From NCBI GenBank assembly GCA_025594325.1, contig JANHCV010000002.1:2170001-2234000 (forward strand): a stretch of DNA of 64,000 nt, written 5' to 3'. Source of the DNA: Blastocladiella emersonii ATCC 22665. Taxonomy: Eukaryota; Fungi; Blastocladiomycota. A model generated the notes under the pieces. The model did no database searches, had not been told where the DNA came from, and saw only the letters and a program-made list of their open reading frames with translations. How positions within the stretch are numbered: the stretch's first letter is position 1; the number at the start of each line of letters is the position of its first letter. Made by a program: the position numbers and the translations under genes. Of this stretch, positions 13,059-23,056 are shown piece by piece.

Positions 13059-15200
13059 TTACGACTTCCACACGACGCGCATGCGGGGACTGACCCACAC
13101 GAGCTCCTTCTTGCCCGTCGGGGCCGCCGCGACGCCGTTCGCGACCTCAGCCTTGCGCTTCTTGGGCGCGAACGCGGCTGCAGCGCTGGTGGCGAGCGGG
13201 TCCTCGACCTCGACGAGCCCGAGCACGTACAGGAAGACGAGCAGCGGGACACCGACCACAAAGAACGCGATCGAGACGGCCCACCGCTCGGCGAGCTCGA
13301 GGACGCGGACCTGCGCCGTGAGCCCCATGACAGCGGCGGCCGAGACCGCGGGGACGGGCACCGTCGAGAACTCGGGCGCCTTGATCCACGTGATGGGCTC
13401 GCGCGCACGCGTGCCGACGAGGCACGCGGGGAGGAGCCGCGCGACGGACGCGGGCAGGATCCGCGCGAGAGCGACGGGGACGAGGCCCGTGGCGACCTGG
13501 ACCGCCGACATCTCGACCGTGTGCACGGGCGCGCGGGTGGCGGCGGCGGACGCGGCCTTGGCGGCCGACGGCGACGCGGCGAGGTACGGCTCGGGCAGGT
13601 GCGCGGCGAGGTTGGCATGGTACACGTCGGGCGAGGGGAGGAGCGGGAGCTGCGCGAGCGGGACGCCGACCTTGCGGCGCGTCGGATACCCGCCGTTGAG
13701 GGTGAGCGGGAACGGCGGCGAGGCGCCGAGCGCGGCCGCGGCGACGAGGCCGGCGGTGCACCCGTCCTCGTGGAAGCCGTGGTTGCACCACGCGCCGGCG
13801 AAGCCGAGGCCGTTGAGGTTGGCGATGGTCGGGAGCAGGTCCTGCGCCTGCACGAGGTTGAAGCTGTAGATGGGGTGGTCGTAGCTGTACTCGTCGATGA
13901 CGAGCGCCGGGTCGGGCTCGTACAGCGGGTTGATGGTCAGGAACACGTCGCCGTGCGTGTCGCGCGGGATGAAGGGCTGCAGGCGGTTCATCCAGTACGT
14001 GACGCACACGCCGTCCTCGTCCATGGACTCGCCCGAGTCGGCGGGGCCGTTGGCGCCGGTGCGCGTCAGGTAGTTCCACGACGACCACGCGGACCGCGTC
14101 ACGGGCATGAGGGCCGGGTCACGGTGCAGGACCGCGCGGTTCGGCCCGTATGACACCTTGCCGAGCACCTCGGCCTCGGCCGGCGTCAGGTCCTTGATGA
14201 GCGAGCGCGAGATGTCGCCGTGCGTGGCGAGGATGACGTGGTCGAAGGTGGCCTTGTCGCCGCGGTCGTCGGTCACGGTGATCCAGTTGCGGCGGACGCC
14301 GTCCACGGGGCTCGGCGGCGCGGCAAAGTTGCGCGTGATGGACCGGATGCCGCGGTTGAGGTGGACGCGCGGCAGAGAGTCGGAAACCGCGCAGGCATAC
14401 TGGCGGGAGCCGAGGGGAACGGTCAGCCAGTTCGGGCGACCCACGAGCTGCAACATCCGGTGATTTTTGAAGAAGTTGACGAGGGAAATGATGGGGAACG
14501 AGGAAAGGCAGGTCCCTGCGGGCGTGGACCAGATGGCGGCGGTCTGCGGGGTCAGGAAGTTGTCCTTGAACGACTGCGAGTAGTTGCCCTCGGCCAGGAA
14601 CTCGCCGATCGACATCTTCTCGTACTTGGCGTAGAGCGCGGCGGCCGTGGGCGAGGCCGTGGCGGGGCCGGCCGTGATCTCGTCGGCCGCGTCGGCGATG
14701 GCGGCGGCGATCCAGTGGAACCGCATCACGTCGTACAGCATGACCCAGACGCCCTTGCGCGAGAAGTCGAAGACGTTCTTGCGCTGCGCGAACAGCGTGA
14801 AGAGCGTGTCGCCGGCCCACTCGAAGGCGCCGCGGTTGCGCGACACGGCAAACGACATGTCCGACTGCGTGAGCGGCACGCCGACCTTGTCGAGGAAGCG
14901 CATGAAGTTCGGGTACGTGACGGGGTTGCACACGATGAAGCCCGTGTCGACGGGGACCGCCGTCACGGCCGGGTTCGCCGCGTACTCGCGCAGCGGCGGC
15001 ACGTCGACCGTGTGCGTGTGCCCGCCCACGTAGTCCTCGCGCTCGTACACGGTCACGTCGAAGTGCGCCGGGTACTGGTTGAGCAGCCACGCCGCCGACA
15101 GGCCCGCGATCCCGGACCCGACCACGGCGACGCGCAGCGGGGCGCGCGTGTTGGTGCCGCCGGCGTTGCTGCTGCTGGAAGTGGTTGCTGCATTGACCAT
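13059..15200 (-). CDS. FAD-dependent oxidoreductase, amine-oxidase-like / COG2907-type (family associated with cyclopropane-fatty-acid synthases), with C-terminal hydrophobic anchor; intronless, 713 aa
   Basis: VAVVGSGIAGLSAA dinucleotide-binding motif plus PVDTGFIVCNPVTYPNF, SDMSFAV, NRAVLHRD, SAWSSWNY, YWMNRLQ and FAGAWCNHGFHEDG; hydrophobic WAVSIAFFVVGVPLLVFLYVLGL near the C-terminus. Confidence 0.85.
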   Translation of the reverse strand: MVNAATTSSSSNAGGTNTRAPLRVAVVGSGIAGLSAAWLLNQYPAHFDVTVYEREDYVGGHTHTVDVPPLREYAANPAVTAVPVDTGFIVCNPVTYPNFMRFLDKVGVPLTQSDMSFAVSRNRGAFEWAGDTLFTLFAQRKNVFDFSRKGVWVMLYDVMRFHWIAAAIADAADEITAGPATASPTAAALYAKYEKMSIGEFLAEGNYSQSFKDNFLTPQTAAIWSTPAGTCLSSFPIISLVNFFKNHRMLQLVGRPNWLTVPLGSRQYACAVSDSLPRVHLNRGIRSITRNFAAPPSPVDGVRRNWITVTDDRGDKATFDHVILATHGDISRSLIKDLTPAEAEVLGKVSYGPNRAVLHRDPALMPVTRSAWSSWNYLTRTGANGPADSGESMDEDGVCVTYWMNRLQPFIPRDTHGDVFLTINPLYEPDPALVIDEYSYDHPIYSFNLVQAQDLLPTIANLNGLGFAGAWCNHGFHEDGCTAGLVAAAALGASPPFPLTLNGGYPTRRKVGVPLAQLPLLPSPDVYHANLAAHLPEPYLAASPSAAKAASAAATRAPVHTVEMSAVQVATGLVPVALARILPASVARLLPACLVGTRAREPITWIKAPEFSTVPVPAVSAAAVMGLTAQVRVLELAERWAVSIAFFVVGVPLLVFLYVLGLVEVEDPLATSAAAAFAPKKRKAEVANGVAAAPTGKKELVWVSPRMRVVWKS

Positions 15201-16776
15201 GGTGTTGATGCGTATGTGTGTGCTACGTGTGGTGTGTGCGAGTGCAAGGGACCCGCGATCAGGCCGGCGGGGGAGAAGGGGGAGCGAGCGTGGAGCGCAA
15301 GGCCCGCCGAGCTTCTTATACGGCGGCGCGCCAAAGCTTACGTGACGCTGGTCGAACTGGCGCCGCCGCCCTTGTTGAAAACTCGGGACTCCGGCATGGG
15401 CGTCAGCGTCAGCGGCGGCGGGCGGCGAAGCGTGGGAACGCGGGGCCGATCGTCGCCGCTTCGATCTTCCCCGCTCGCTGTGGCGCCGGCGCCCGCGTCG
15501 CTCATCCGCCTCCGTGTGAGGCGCCGCTCGCGATCACGCTTCCCATCAACCACTCGCATGCGCTGTGATGGAAAGTACACGTATCAGAAGGGAGAGATGG
15601 AGGGACGCGGTCGGAAGCGCGCGCCATCCTGGCCAAGTCCCTGGTCGTGGACGGGGGTCGTACCTCGCGATACGCGGTGGTTCGACTTGCCGTGGGGCCG
15701 AGATCTCGGTCTCTTGCGGTCTGAAGTGACGACCGTCGCCGTGGTCGTACACTGCATGGGCTAGCACCCGCGGTACTTGTCGTTCCGCGAGCGGCTGGCG
15801 TTTGGCGAGGACGCGACGATCCGCAACATTGAGCCGTCGCTAGCAACCCAGCTCGAGCTGCGCCTCCTTGCCCGCTTGACCTCGTGTTCGTCACTATGCC
15901 GAGCGATCCAAGTGTTCGTGTACCGTGCCGCCGTCAAAGACTGCCTGCTCGACTTGCGCTTCTTCGTTCACCCTGCTTCGTACGCCCAGGCTGCCGCACC
16001 TCACGACTAACTCTGGACCGTGGTCGACTCTGGGGTCTTCGACAGATGCAGCCGGTGTTGTCCCCAGCGACGCACTCACGGTGCTCGACTTGACAAGTTC
16101 TGCTTGCCCTGACGCTCCCTGACGGCTGAGCGATACTGAGCCGCAAGGCCAGAGACGACGGCGGCCGCATCCCGCGTTGGCCGACCCGTTCAGAGCGACG
16201 TCAAGTGTGGCAGGCAGTCAGTCCATGCTCCACTTGGGCGCGCTCACGAAGGTGCTGGGCCGCCACGAGGACGCGTTGGCCCGTGCTGTAGCGTCGCCCA
16301 GATCATTCAGAGGGGCAGGTGTGTTGATCTCGAGTCGTCGCTTCCACGTAAGATTCTAATTTTTTTTTCCCTAATCGACGCGACGTTCATCACATCACTC
16401 ATCAGCCGCGAAGAGGCGGGTCGAAAGCCTCGGGAGGCAAGGGCAGCGGAGTGGCGCCGTTTCAGGACGCGGCCCCGAAATAGCACGCGGTCCGGGGAGC
16501 CGGGTCCAGCCAAACGCAAAATCAGCCTCCCGGGAGCCGGGAAGCAAACGGGACGGGACGCGTCCTGCCCCGCTTCTTCCCCGCTCGGCCCAACCGACCG
16601 CCGACTGCGACGGCCCCCCTCTCGCTCACAGCGACCCAAGACTTGCTGCACTTGCGCCCGTGCAGCCGCCGCTTTTGATTGAACCCGCTCCGGCTGCCCG
16701 TCGTCGCCGCGCCGACGCCCCGCCCCGCCCTCCGCGCGGCTGCTGCCCCTCCTCGACTTTTGACTCCCGCCGCCCC

Positions 16777-17595
16777 ATGTCCGCTGCCCCGCCCGGCGGC
16801 CCCGGCGGCGCATACCCCTGCGGCCCCTCCGCCCACCCGCAGCACCACCCGCAACAGCAGCAACCGCCGTCGCAGCAGCAGCAGGGCATGGTATCCGCGG
16901 CCCCGCTCGGCCCGCCGCCGTCGGCCGGTCCCGGCGGCCAGCAGCATCATCTGCACCCGCACCACCACGCGCACCACCACGCCCAGCAGCAGCAGCAGCA
17001 GGCCGCGCGCGGCGGCGCGCCACCCGCGCTTCGCGGTCCTGTAGCTGGTGGACCGCCCGGATCGGGCCCGCCGAGCGCCGGCCCGTCTTCGGCGACCCCC
17101 GGCGTCGTGCCCGCCCAGCAGCCGCCCCCGCCGCCCATGAACATGCAGCCGCCGCCGCCCGGCGCGCTCGGGATCCCGCCCCCGCCACTGGGCGCGCCGC
17201 CCGGCGGGCCCGCGCCGTTTGCGCCTGGATCGGCTGCCGCGCGGCTCGCCGAGTACCTCGACGCGGCGCGCCTCGAGCTCGACACGGTCGTCGCCGAGAC
17301 GTCGTCGGGCCACGCGTACAAGGCGCAGCGCGACGAGCTCGAGATGCGCGGTGCGTTTTGGACTTGGGTAACCCTCACGCGAGGTTGCTGACACGTTGCG
17401 ACGACTGTAGTCAACGTCCAGATGCAGGAAATGGACCTGATCCGCCGCCACATCCTCGAGCTCGAGGAGACGCACCGCCGCATCAAGGCCACCTACGAGG
17501 AGGAGATCCGCAACCTGCAGGCCGAGCTCTCGCGCACCCGCCAGCAGGTCCAGCAGGTGCAGGCTCAGGCCCAGGCGCAGGCGCAGGCGCACGCC

Positions 17596-17630
<35 letters not shown>

Positions 17631-19920
17631 ACAGGCGCAGTACCACCAACAGCAGCAACAGCAGCAGCAGCAGTACCACCAGCAGCAGCAGCACGCCGGC
17701 GTTCCGCCGCAGCTCGGCTCGCCCGCCCCGCCGCCGCCGCCCACCGGGCCCGACGCGAACAGCAGTGTCCCGCCCAACGGCGTGCGCAAGGGCTCGATTG
17801 ACGATCCCACTGCCCGCAACGGGACTACTTCAGCTGCCAACTCGGGCCAGTACATGACGCACGGCCAGGCCACGGGCCGCGCCCAGCTCCCGCTCCCCGT
17901 CAACCGCTCCGGCAACAACGGGTCGCAGCAGCAGTCGCAGCCGCAGCACGAGCCCATGGACGTGGTCCCGCACTACTCGGGCCCGCAGCAGCAGCAACCG
18001 CCGCCGCCGCCGCCCCAGCAGCAGCAGCAGCAGCCACCAGCCGACGCATCGTACGCGCACCTCAAGAGCTACGAGCCGGGCGTCGTCATGGACACGACGG
18101 CCGAGGTCGGCGGGCTCAAGGCGCAGCGCAAGGAGGGGTCCGGGTGGCTGACGAACCTGACGATCCCGGCCGGCGCGCCGGGCCCCGCCATGGACCTGAG
18201 TCTGCTGCACAGCCTGCGCCACCAGTCGGTCGTGTGCTGCGTGCGCTTCTCGATGCGCGGCGAGTACCTCGCGACCGGATGCAACCGGTCGACCATCGTG
18301 TGGAACGTGGCCACCGGGTACCGCGTCGCGACCCTGATCGACGACGAGGTGCTCGTCGACCAGCGCCAGCCGCAGGCCGCGGGCTTCCCGCCCAACACGG
18401 CGCCCGGCGACCTGTACATCCGCTCCGTGTGCTTCTCGCCCGACGCGCGCCGCGTGGCTTCGGGGGCCGAGGACCGCATCATCCGCCTGTGGCAGTTTGG
18501 CGCCGCGCCCGGCGTCGAGCAGCGGTTCGAGGGCCACGAGGCCGACATCTACGCGCTCGACTACGCGCCCAACGGCGCCTACATCGTGTCGGGGTCGGGC
18601 GACCGCACCGCGCGCATCTGGAACCCGGACAACGGCCAGTGCGTGCACATCCTGCACCACGACGACAGCCCGTCGCTCGCGGCGCTCGCGCAGACCGGGT
18701 TCGACGCGGCCGCGGCCACGGCGCTGCTCAAGATCGACGTGCACGTGCCCAAGGACGCGGGCGTGACGTCGGTCGCCTTCTCGCCGTGCTCGCGGTACGT
18801 GGCGACCGGGTCGCTCGACAAGGTGATCCGCATCTTCGACGTGCACACGGGCATGTGCCTCGACCGGCTGCACGGGCACCTCGACTCGGTCTACAGCGTC
18901 GCGTTCCGGCCCGACGGCATGCAGCTCGCGTCCGGGTCGCTCGACTCGCACGTCCAGATCTGGCACCTCCCCAACTACGAGCCCCTCGCCAAGCTCGCCC
19001 TCGACATCTCGCGCCGCAACGCGTACCCGGCGCCCGGCGCTCCGCTCCCGCCGCACTCCGCCGACGCGACGGCCGCCTTTGGCCGCACGCTCCAGGGCCA
19101 CAAGGACTTTGTCCTGTCGGTCGGGTACGCCGACGACGGCCGCCACGTCGTTTCGGGCTCAAAGGACCGCGCCGTCTACGTGTGGGACTCGGAGACGGGT
19201 GTCCCCATGGTCGTCCTCCAGGGCCACAAGAACTCGGTCATCTCGGTCGCCGTCGCCCCCGGGATCAACGGCCAGGGGATCGTTTTGGCGACCGGGTCCG
19301 GCGACCAGCGCGCCCGCGTCTGGGGTGTCCACGCCCACGGCGCCGTTGGCGCGTCGCTCATCCCCGAGTCGGGCGCTGCCGCTTGGTACGCCGTCACGTA
19401 CCAGCAGCACCAGCAGCATTACGACCACGCGCCCGGGTACCCGCCCGTCGCGCCCGACCAGCCGCACTCGCAGCAGCACCCGCAGCAGCAGCACCACGCC
19501 GGATCGCTCCCGCCGATGCACACGCACCCGCAGCACGCTGCCGCGGCTGCCGCGAACGCGCGGCCCTCGCCCGCGCCGTACAACCAGCAGCAGGTTACCG
19601 CGGGCTCGCGGTCGGGTACTCCCGTGACGCTGCCCAACGCCGGCCCCGCGCCGCAACCGCGCGGCCCATCGCCGAACCCGAACTCGGCCGTGTCCCCGCG
19701 GTCCCTCCCCGCGCCACCACCACCTGCTGGGAACCAGCAGCAGCAGCAGCAGCAGCCACCACCAGCGGCGGGCGGCGGCGGCGAGAGCGGGCGGCAGTCG
19801 GTCGCGTCGCGCCGCGGGTCCGTGGTCTCGCAGACGGCACCCGCGGGGCCGCCCAACGCGGGCAGCGGTGCTGCGCCGCCGGCGGCGGGGCCAGGCGGGT
19901 CGTCGTCCGCACTGGCATGA
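16777..19920 (+). CDS. TUP1: General transcriptional corepressor Tup1 (Tup_N coiled coil + Gln-rich linker + WD40 propeller)
   Basis: The 60-nt intron 17351-17410 joins RLAEYLDAARLE..YKAQRDELEMR to VNVQMQEMDLIRRHILELEETHRRIKATYEEEI. Tup1-type WD motifs: DLYIRSVCFSPD, SGSGDRTARIW, KDAGVTSVAFSP, GHKDFVLSV, GHKNSVISV, ATGSGDQRARVW. Confidence 0.93.
17596..17691 (+). repeat. CAG/CAA polyglutamine tracts in TUP1
   Basis: Runs of CAG interrupted by CAA and two TAC-CAC units; shorter tracts recur near 17990-18030 and 19738-19755. Confidence 0.9.
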
Positions 19921-20006
19921 TACGATGCTGAGTTCCCCCCCCCCCCTTTTGTCTTCTCTATTTTGTTCGCTCCTTCTCCCCAAAGATTCTCTATTCCTCC
20001 CTTACA

Positions 20007-22883
20007 CTAACCGGTCCGGAACACCCCAACCACGGCGCGCCTCGCCTCGCGCCACTCGTCGGCGCCCGCGCACACGAGCGTCACGCTCCCGCCGTCCAGC
20101 GCGGCTTCGCCTTCAGGTGCTGCGAGCGCGGATGCTGACGCGCCGCCTGCGGGGTCGGTATCGTTGGACGACGAGGTCGCGGCGCCGAACACGCGCGCCC
20201 GCGCGCGGTCGAGCAGCGCGCCGCGCACGGCTTTCACGGCGGCGTCGGTGCGCCGCGCGAGCGAAGCGCTGCCGCCAGTGGTGAGGAGAGGCGTCAGTGG
20301 GACCGCGACGTCGACGGGGTCCCCCGGGCGGACCGCCGTGATCGCCTGGCGCAGGAGGTGCAGGGTCGACGCGCTGGCGCTGGCGCTGGCGTCGTCAGAC
20401 TCGGCCGCGGGGAGGAGGTGCGCAACGAGGTTGCCCGCGGCGAGGTTCGAGTGCCGCGTGAGGACCACGGCGCCGTGGTGTGACGAGGCCGGCGCAGAGG
20501 AGGTATCGGCGACGGCGATCCACCCGCTCCCGTTCCCGCTGCTCTCGGCGTCCGGGCCAGCGAGCACGCGCGCGGCCGCCTCGACCTGGTCCTTGACAGG
20601 CGCGAACACGAGTTCGGGGACCAAGGCTTCGGCCGCCGCGACGGGCGAAATCCCCTCAACCTCCCCAACCACGGTGCCCGGCGGGTACGGGACCACGACG
20701 ACGCGCAGGGTGCGGTACAGGTCAATGGCCATGCGGGCGCGCATGGCGATGGCTTCGCCCCACGCGGTGCGATCCGCTGTTGCGACGTTGGGCGGCGGCG
20801 TGGGTGGGGCGAGCCACGCGGTCAAGGTCGCGGACGCGGGGAGCTGGACGAGCGTGATGAGGAAAGGCACCTTGAGCTGGGTGCCGAGGAGGACCGGGAA
20901 GGATTCGGTCGGCAGGTCCGCGTGCGACGCGATGAGCGGGAAGGTGGCGGGCGCGGTGGTGGTGGTCGGGGAGGGGGTCAGGTCGCGCGCGACGAGCTGC
21001 GGCGACGAAGACGAGCCAGGGTAACCCGGGGCAGTGGCGGCGGGCGAGTCGCGGATCCCCGAGAACCAGCCGGTCAGCTTGCCCTGGACCCCCTGGACCT
21101 CGGTCTGGATGAACTTAAGCGGGGACCACGTCGGCGCCCCGCCGCCGTTCGACGGCGACGTAGAGAGCAGCGACGACGCGGACCCGGTGCGTTTCCGCGC
21201 GGGCATCTCGCCGGCGGCGGGTTCCGCGGCGGCAACCGACGGCAGCTGGTGCGCGAGCCGCTGCGACAGCTTCTTCTGGACGGCCGACAGCCGCGCGGCG
21301 GACTTGGTCGACGACGCGGCGGCGGAGGCGGCGGCCGCGGCCTTGGCCTGGCGCTGGGCGCGGAGAAAGTCGGCGACCTGCGCGGGCGACTCGAGCAGCA
21401 GGGCCAGCGCGCGCTCGACGGACCCGTCGGCGATGAGCAGCGCGGCCTCGGCTTCTTCGGCGCTGAAGCCCATTTCCATGATGCGCTCGACGAGGGCGGG
21501 CGGCTACGCGGGGACGCAGACGTGAGCGGTGGTACGGGCGGAGATGAGTGAGATGGGACGGACCTGAGTGGCGAGCGGGCTGTCGGGTTCAGCAGCAGCG
21601 AGCGAGCCTGCGGACTGGTGCTGCTGCTTGGGCGAGTCGCGGGCGACCAGAACGCCGTCGGCTTCCTCCGAGTCCATGGTGCCCCTCCGCGGCCGCGCGG
21701 GTTCTGCCTCCGCCGCCTTCTTCTGCTTCGACTCGGAATCCGAATCGTCGTCGTCCGAGATCGGGTGCGACAGCCGCAGGAGCTCGGAGCTCGCCGACTT
21801 GCGCAGGGTGCGCTTCCCCGGCGCCGCGCCCGCGGCCGGGTGGTGCGCAGCGGGCCCCGACCCCCGCTTCCTTGACTTCTTCACCGAAGCCGGCGCGGGC
21901 GCCTCGTCGCGCTGCATATCGAACACGGCGCGAATCAGTGCGGCGTAATCGAGCGCCTGCCCCTCATGCCGGGCGAGGACGAGCGCGACGGCGCGGATAA
22001 AGAAGCGAAACTCGTCGCGCTGCGATGCGGCGAGGTCCGCAAGGTTCGCGGCCCAGATGGCTTCCGCGGACCGGACCTCGTCGGCATGCCCCGCGGCGAG
22101 ATCGGGCAGCTTCTTGCGGTCGCGGTCGTGCAGGGCGGCGAGATGGGCGAGGTCGTCGGCGCGGCGCGCGGCGAGGGCGTGCAGCGCGGACGCGTACCGG
22201 AGTTGGAGGGCCAGGATCGCGTCGAGCAGGCCGGACACGGGCGCGTGCACGACGCGGGTGTACGCGCGGGCAAAGGATTCCTGGTCGTCGTCCTCGTCGT
22301 CGGCGGGGAGGGTGGTTGTGGGCGATGTCGGCGAGGTGGGCGGCGTCGCGCGCGCGTGGTGGTGCAGGTTCACCGAAGCGCCGTACAGCGTGACGAGGTC
22401 GGCGACGCGGCGGTCGAGGTCGACGGTCGGCACGACGACGCGGTCTGTTGGCGGTTCGGCGCCGTCACCATCCTCGTCGGACGGCGCATCGAAGCAGGGC
22501 AAGGGGTAGCTCCCGAGCGCGTCCTGGGCATCGAGCGCGGCGCGCACGGCCTGGCGGTGCAGGACGGGCTCGAGGTGGTCGGGGACGGCGTGGCGCACCA
22601 TGAGGGCGGCGATGCGCGAGGCGAGGCGCGCGCCCTCGGAGAAGACGGCGTCCATGGCGTAGTCGCACCCGAAGGCGCGGAAGGCGAGCGACGCGGTCAA
22701 GCCGCCGGGCACGCCCGCGGGGCGCGGGTCGAGGTGCAGTGGGAGTGGGTCGCTGTCGCGGAGGGTAGCGGGTTGGCGAGCGGCGGCGAGGGTTGACGGT
22801 GAGGCGACGGGGCTGGGCGGCAGCGGCGGCAGGGTCAGGGAGTCCGTTGCGGGCGGTTGCGCGGCGGCGGCGGCAAGATCCAT
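20007..22883 (-). CDS. FERRY complex subunit 3 (C12orf4/DUF2362) homologue with an internal UBA domain
   Basis: The 60-nt intron 21504-21563 joins the two ORFs. ESFARAYTRVVHAP..LLDAILALQLRY..W..DLAASQRDEFR, ESFPVLLGTQLK and LTRHSNL..VAHLL resemble C12orf4 blocks. LVERIMEMGFSAEEAEAALLIADGSVERALALLL is a UBA signature. Confidence 0.72.
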
Positions 22884-23056
22884 GGCAGAGGGCGGGTATG
22901 CGCGGGAGGGCGGGCTGGGCGGATCGCCTCGGTCGTGTACAAGTTCGGCGCGTGCTCGCGTGACGCGACGCGGGCCGAGAGGGCTGGCAGCTTCCAGTCG
23001 GTTCTCCAGCCTCGTTTGCTCTCCCTCTCCCCCCTTATCGCAACCGCATACTTGCA
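22884..23056. promoter_or_regulatory. Probable compact bidirectional promoter between FERRY3-like (-) and TPS2 (+)
   Basis: Only 173 nt separate the two divergent ATGs; a pyrimidine-rich tract lies at about 23005-23040. Confidence 0.55.

Noticed and set aside
15700-16340. Short coding-looking frames between the flavoprotein and TUP1 (e.g. 15777-16010)
   Set aside because: No ATG, no convincing splice partners and no recognisable motif; could be a relic but cannot be supported.
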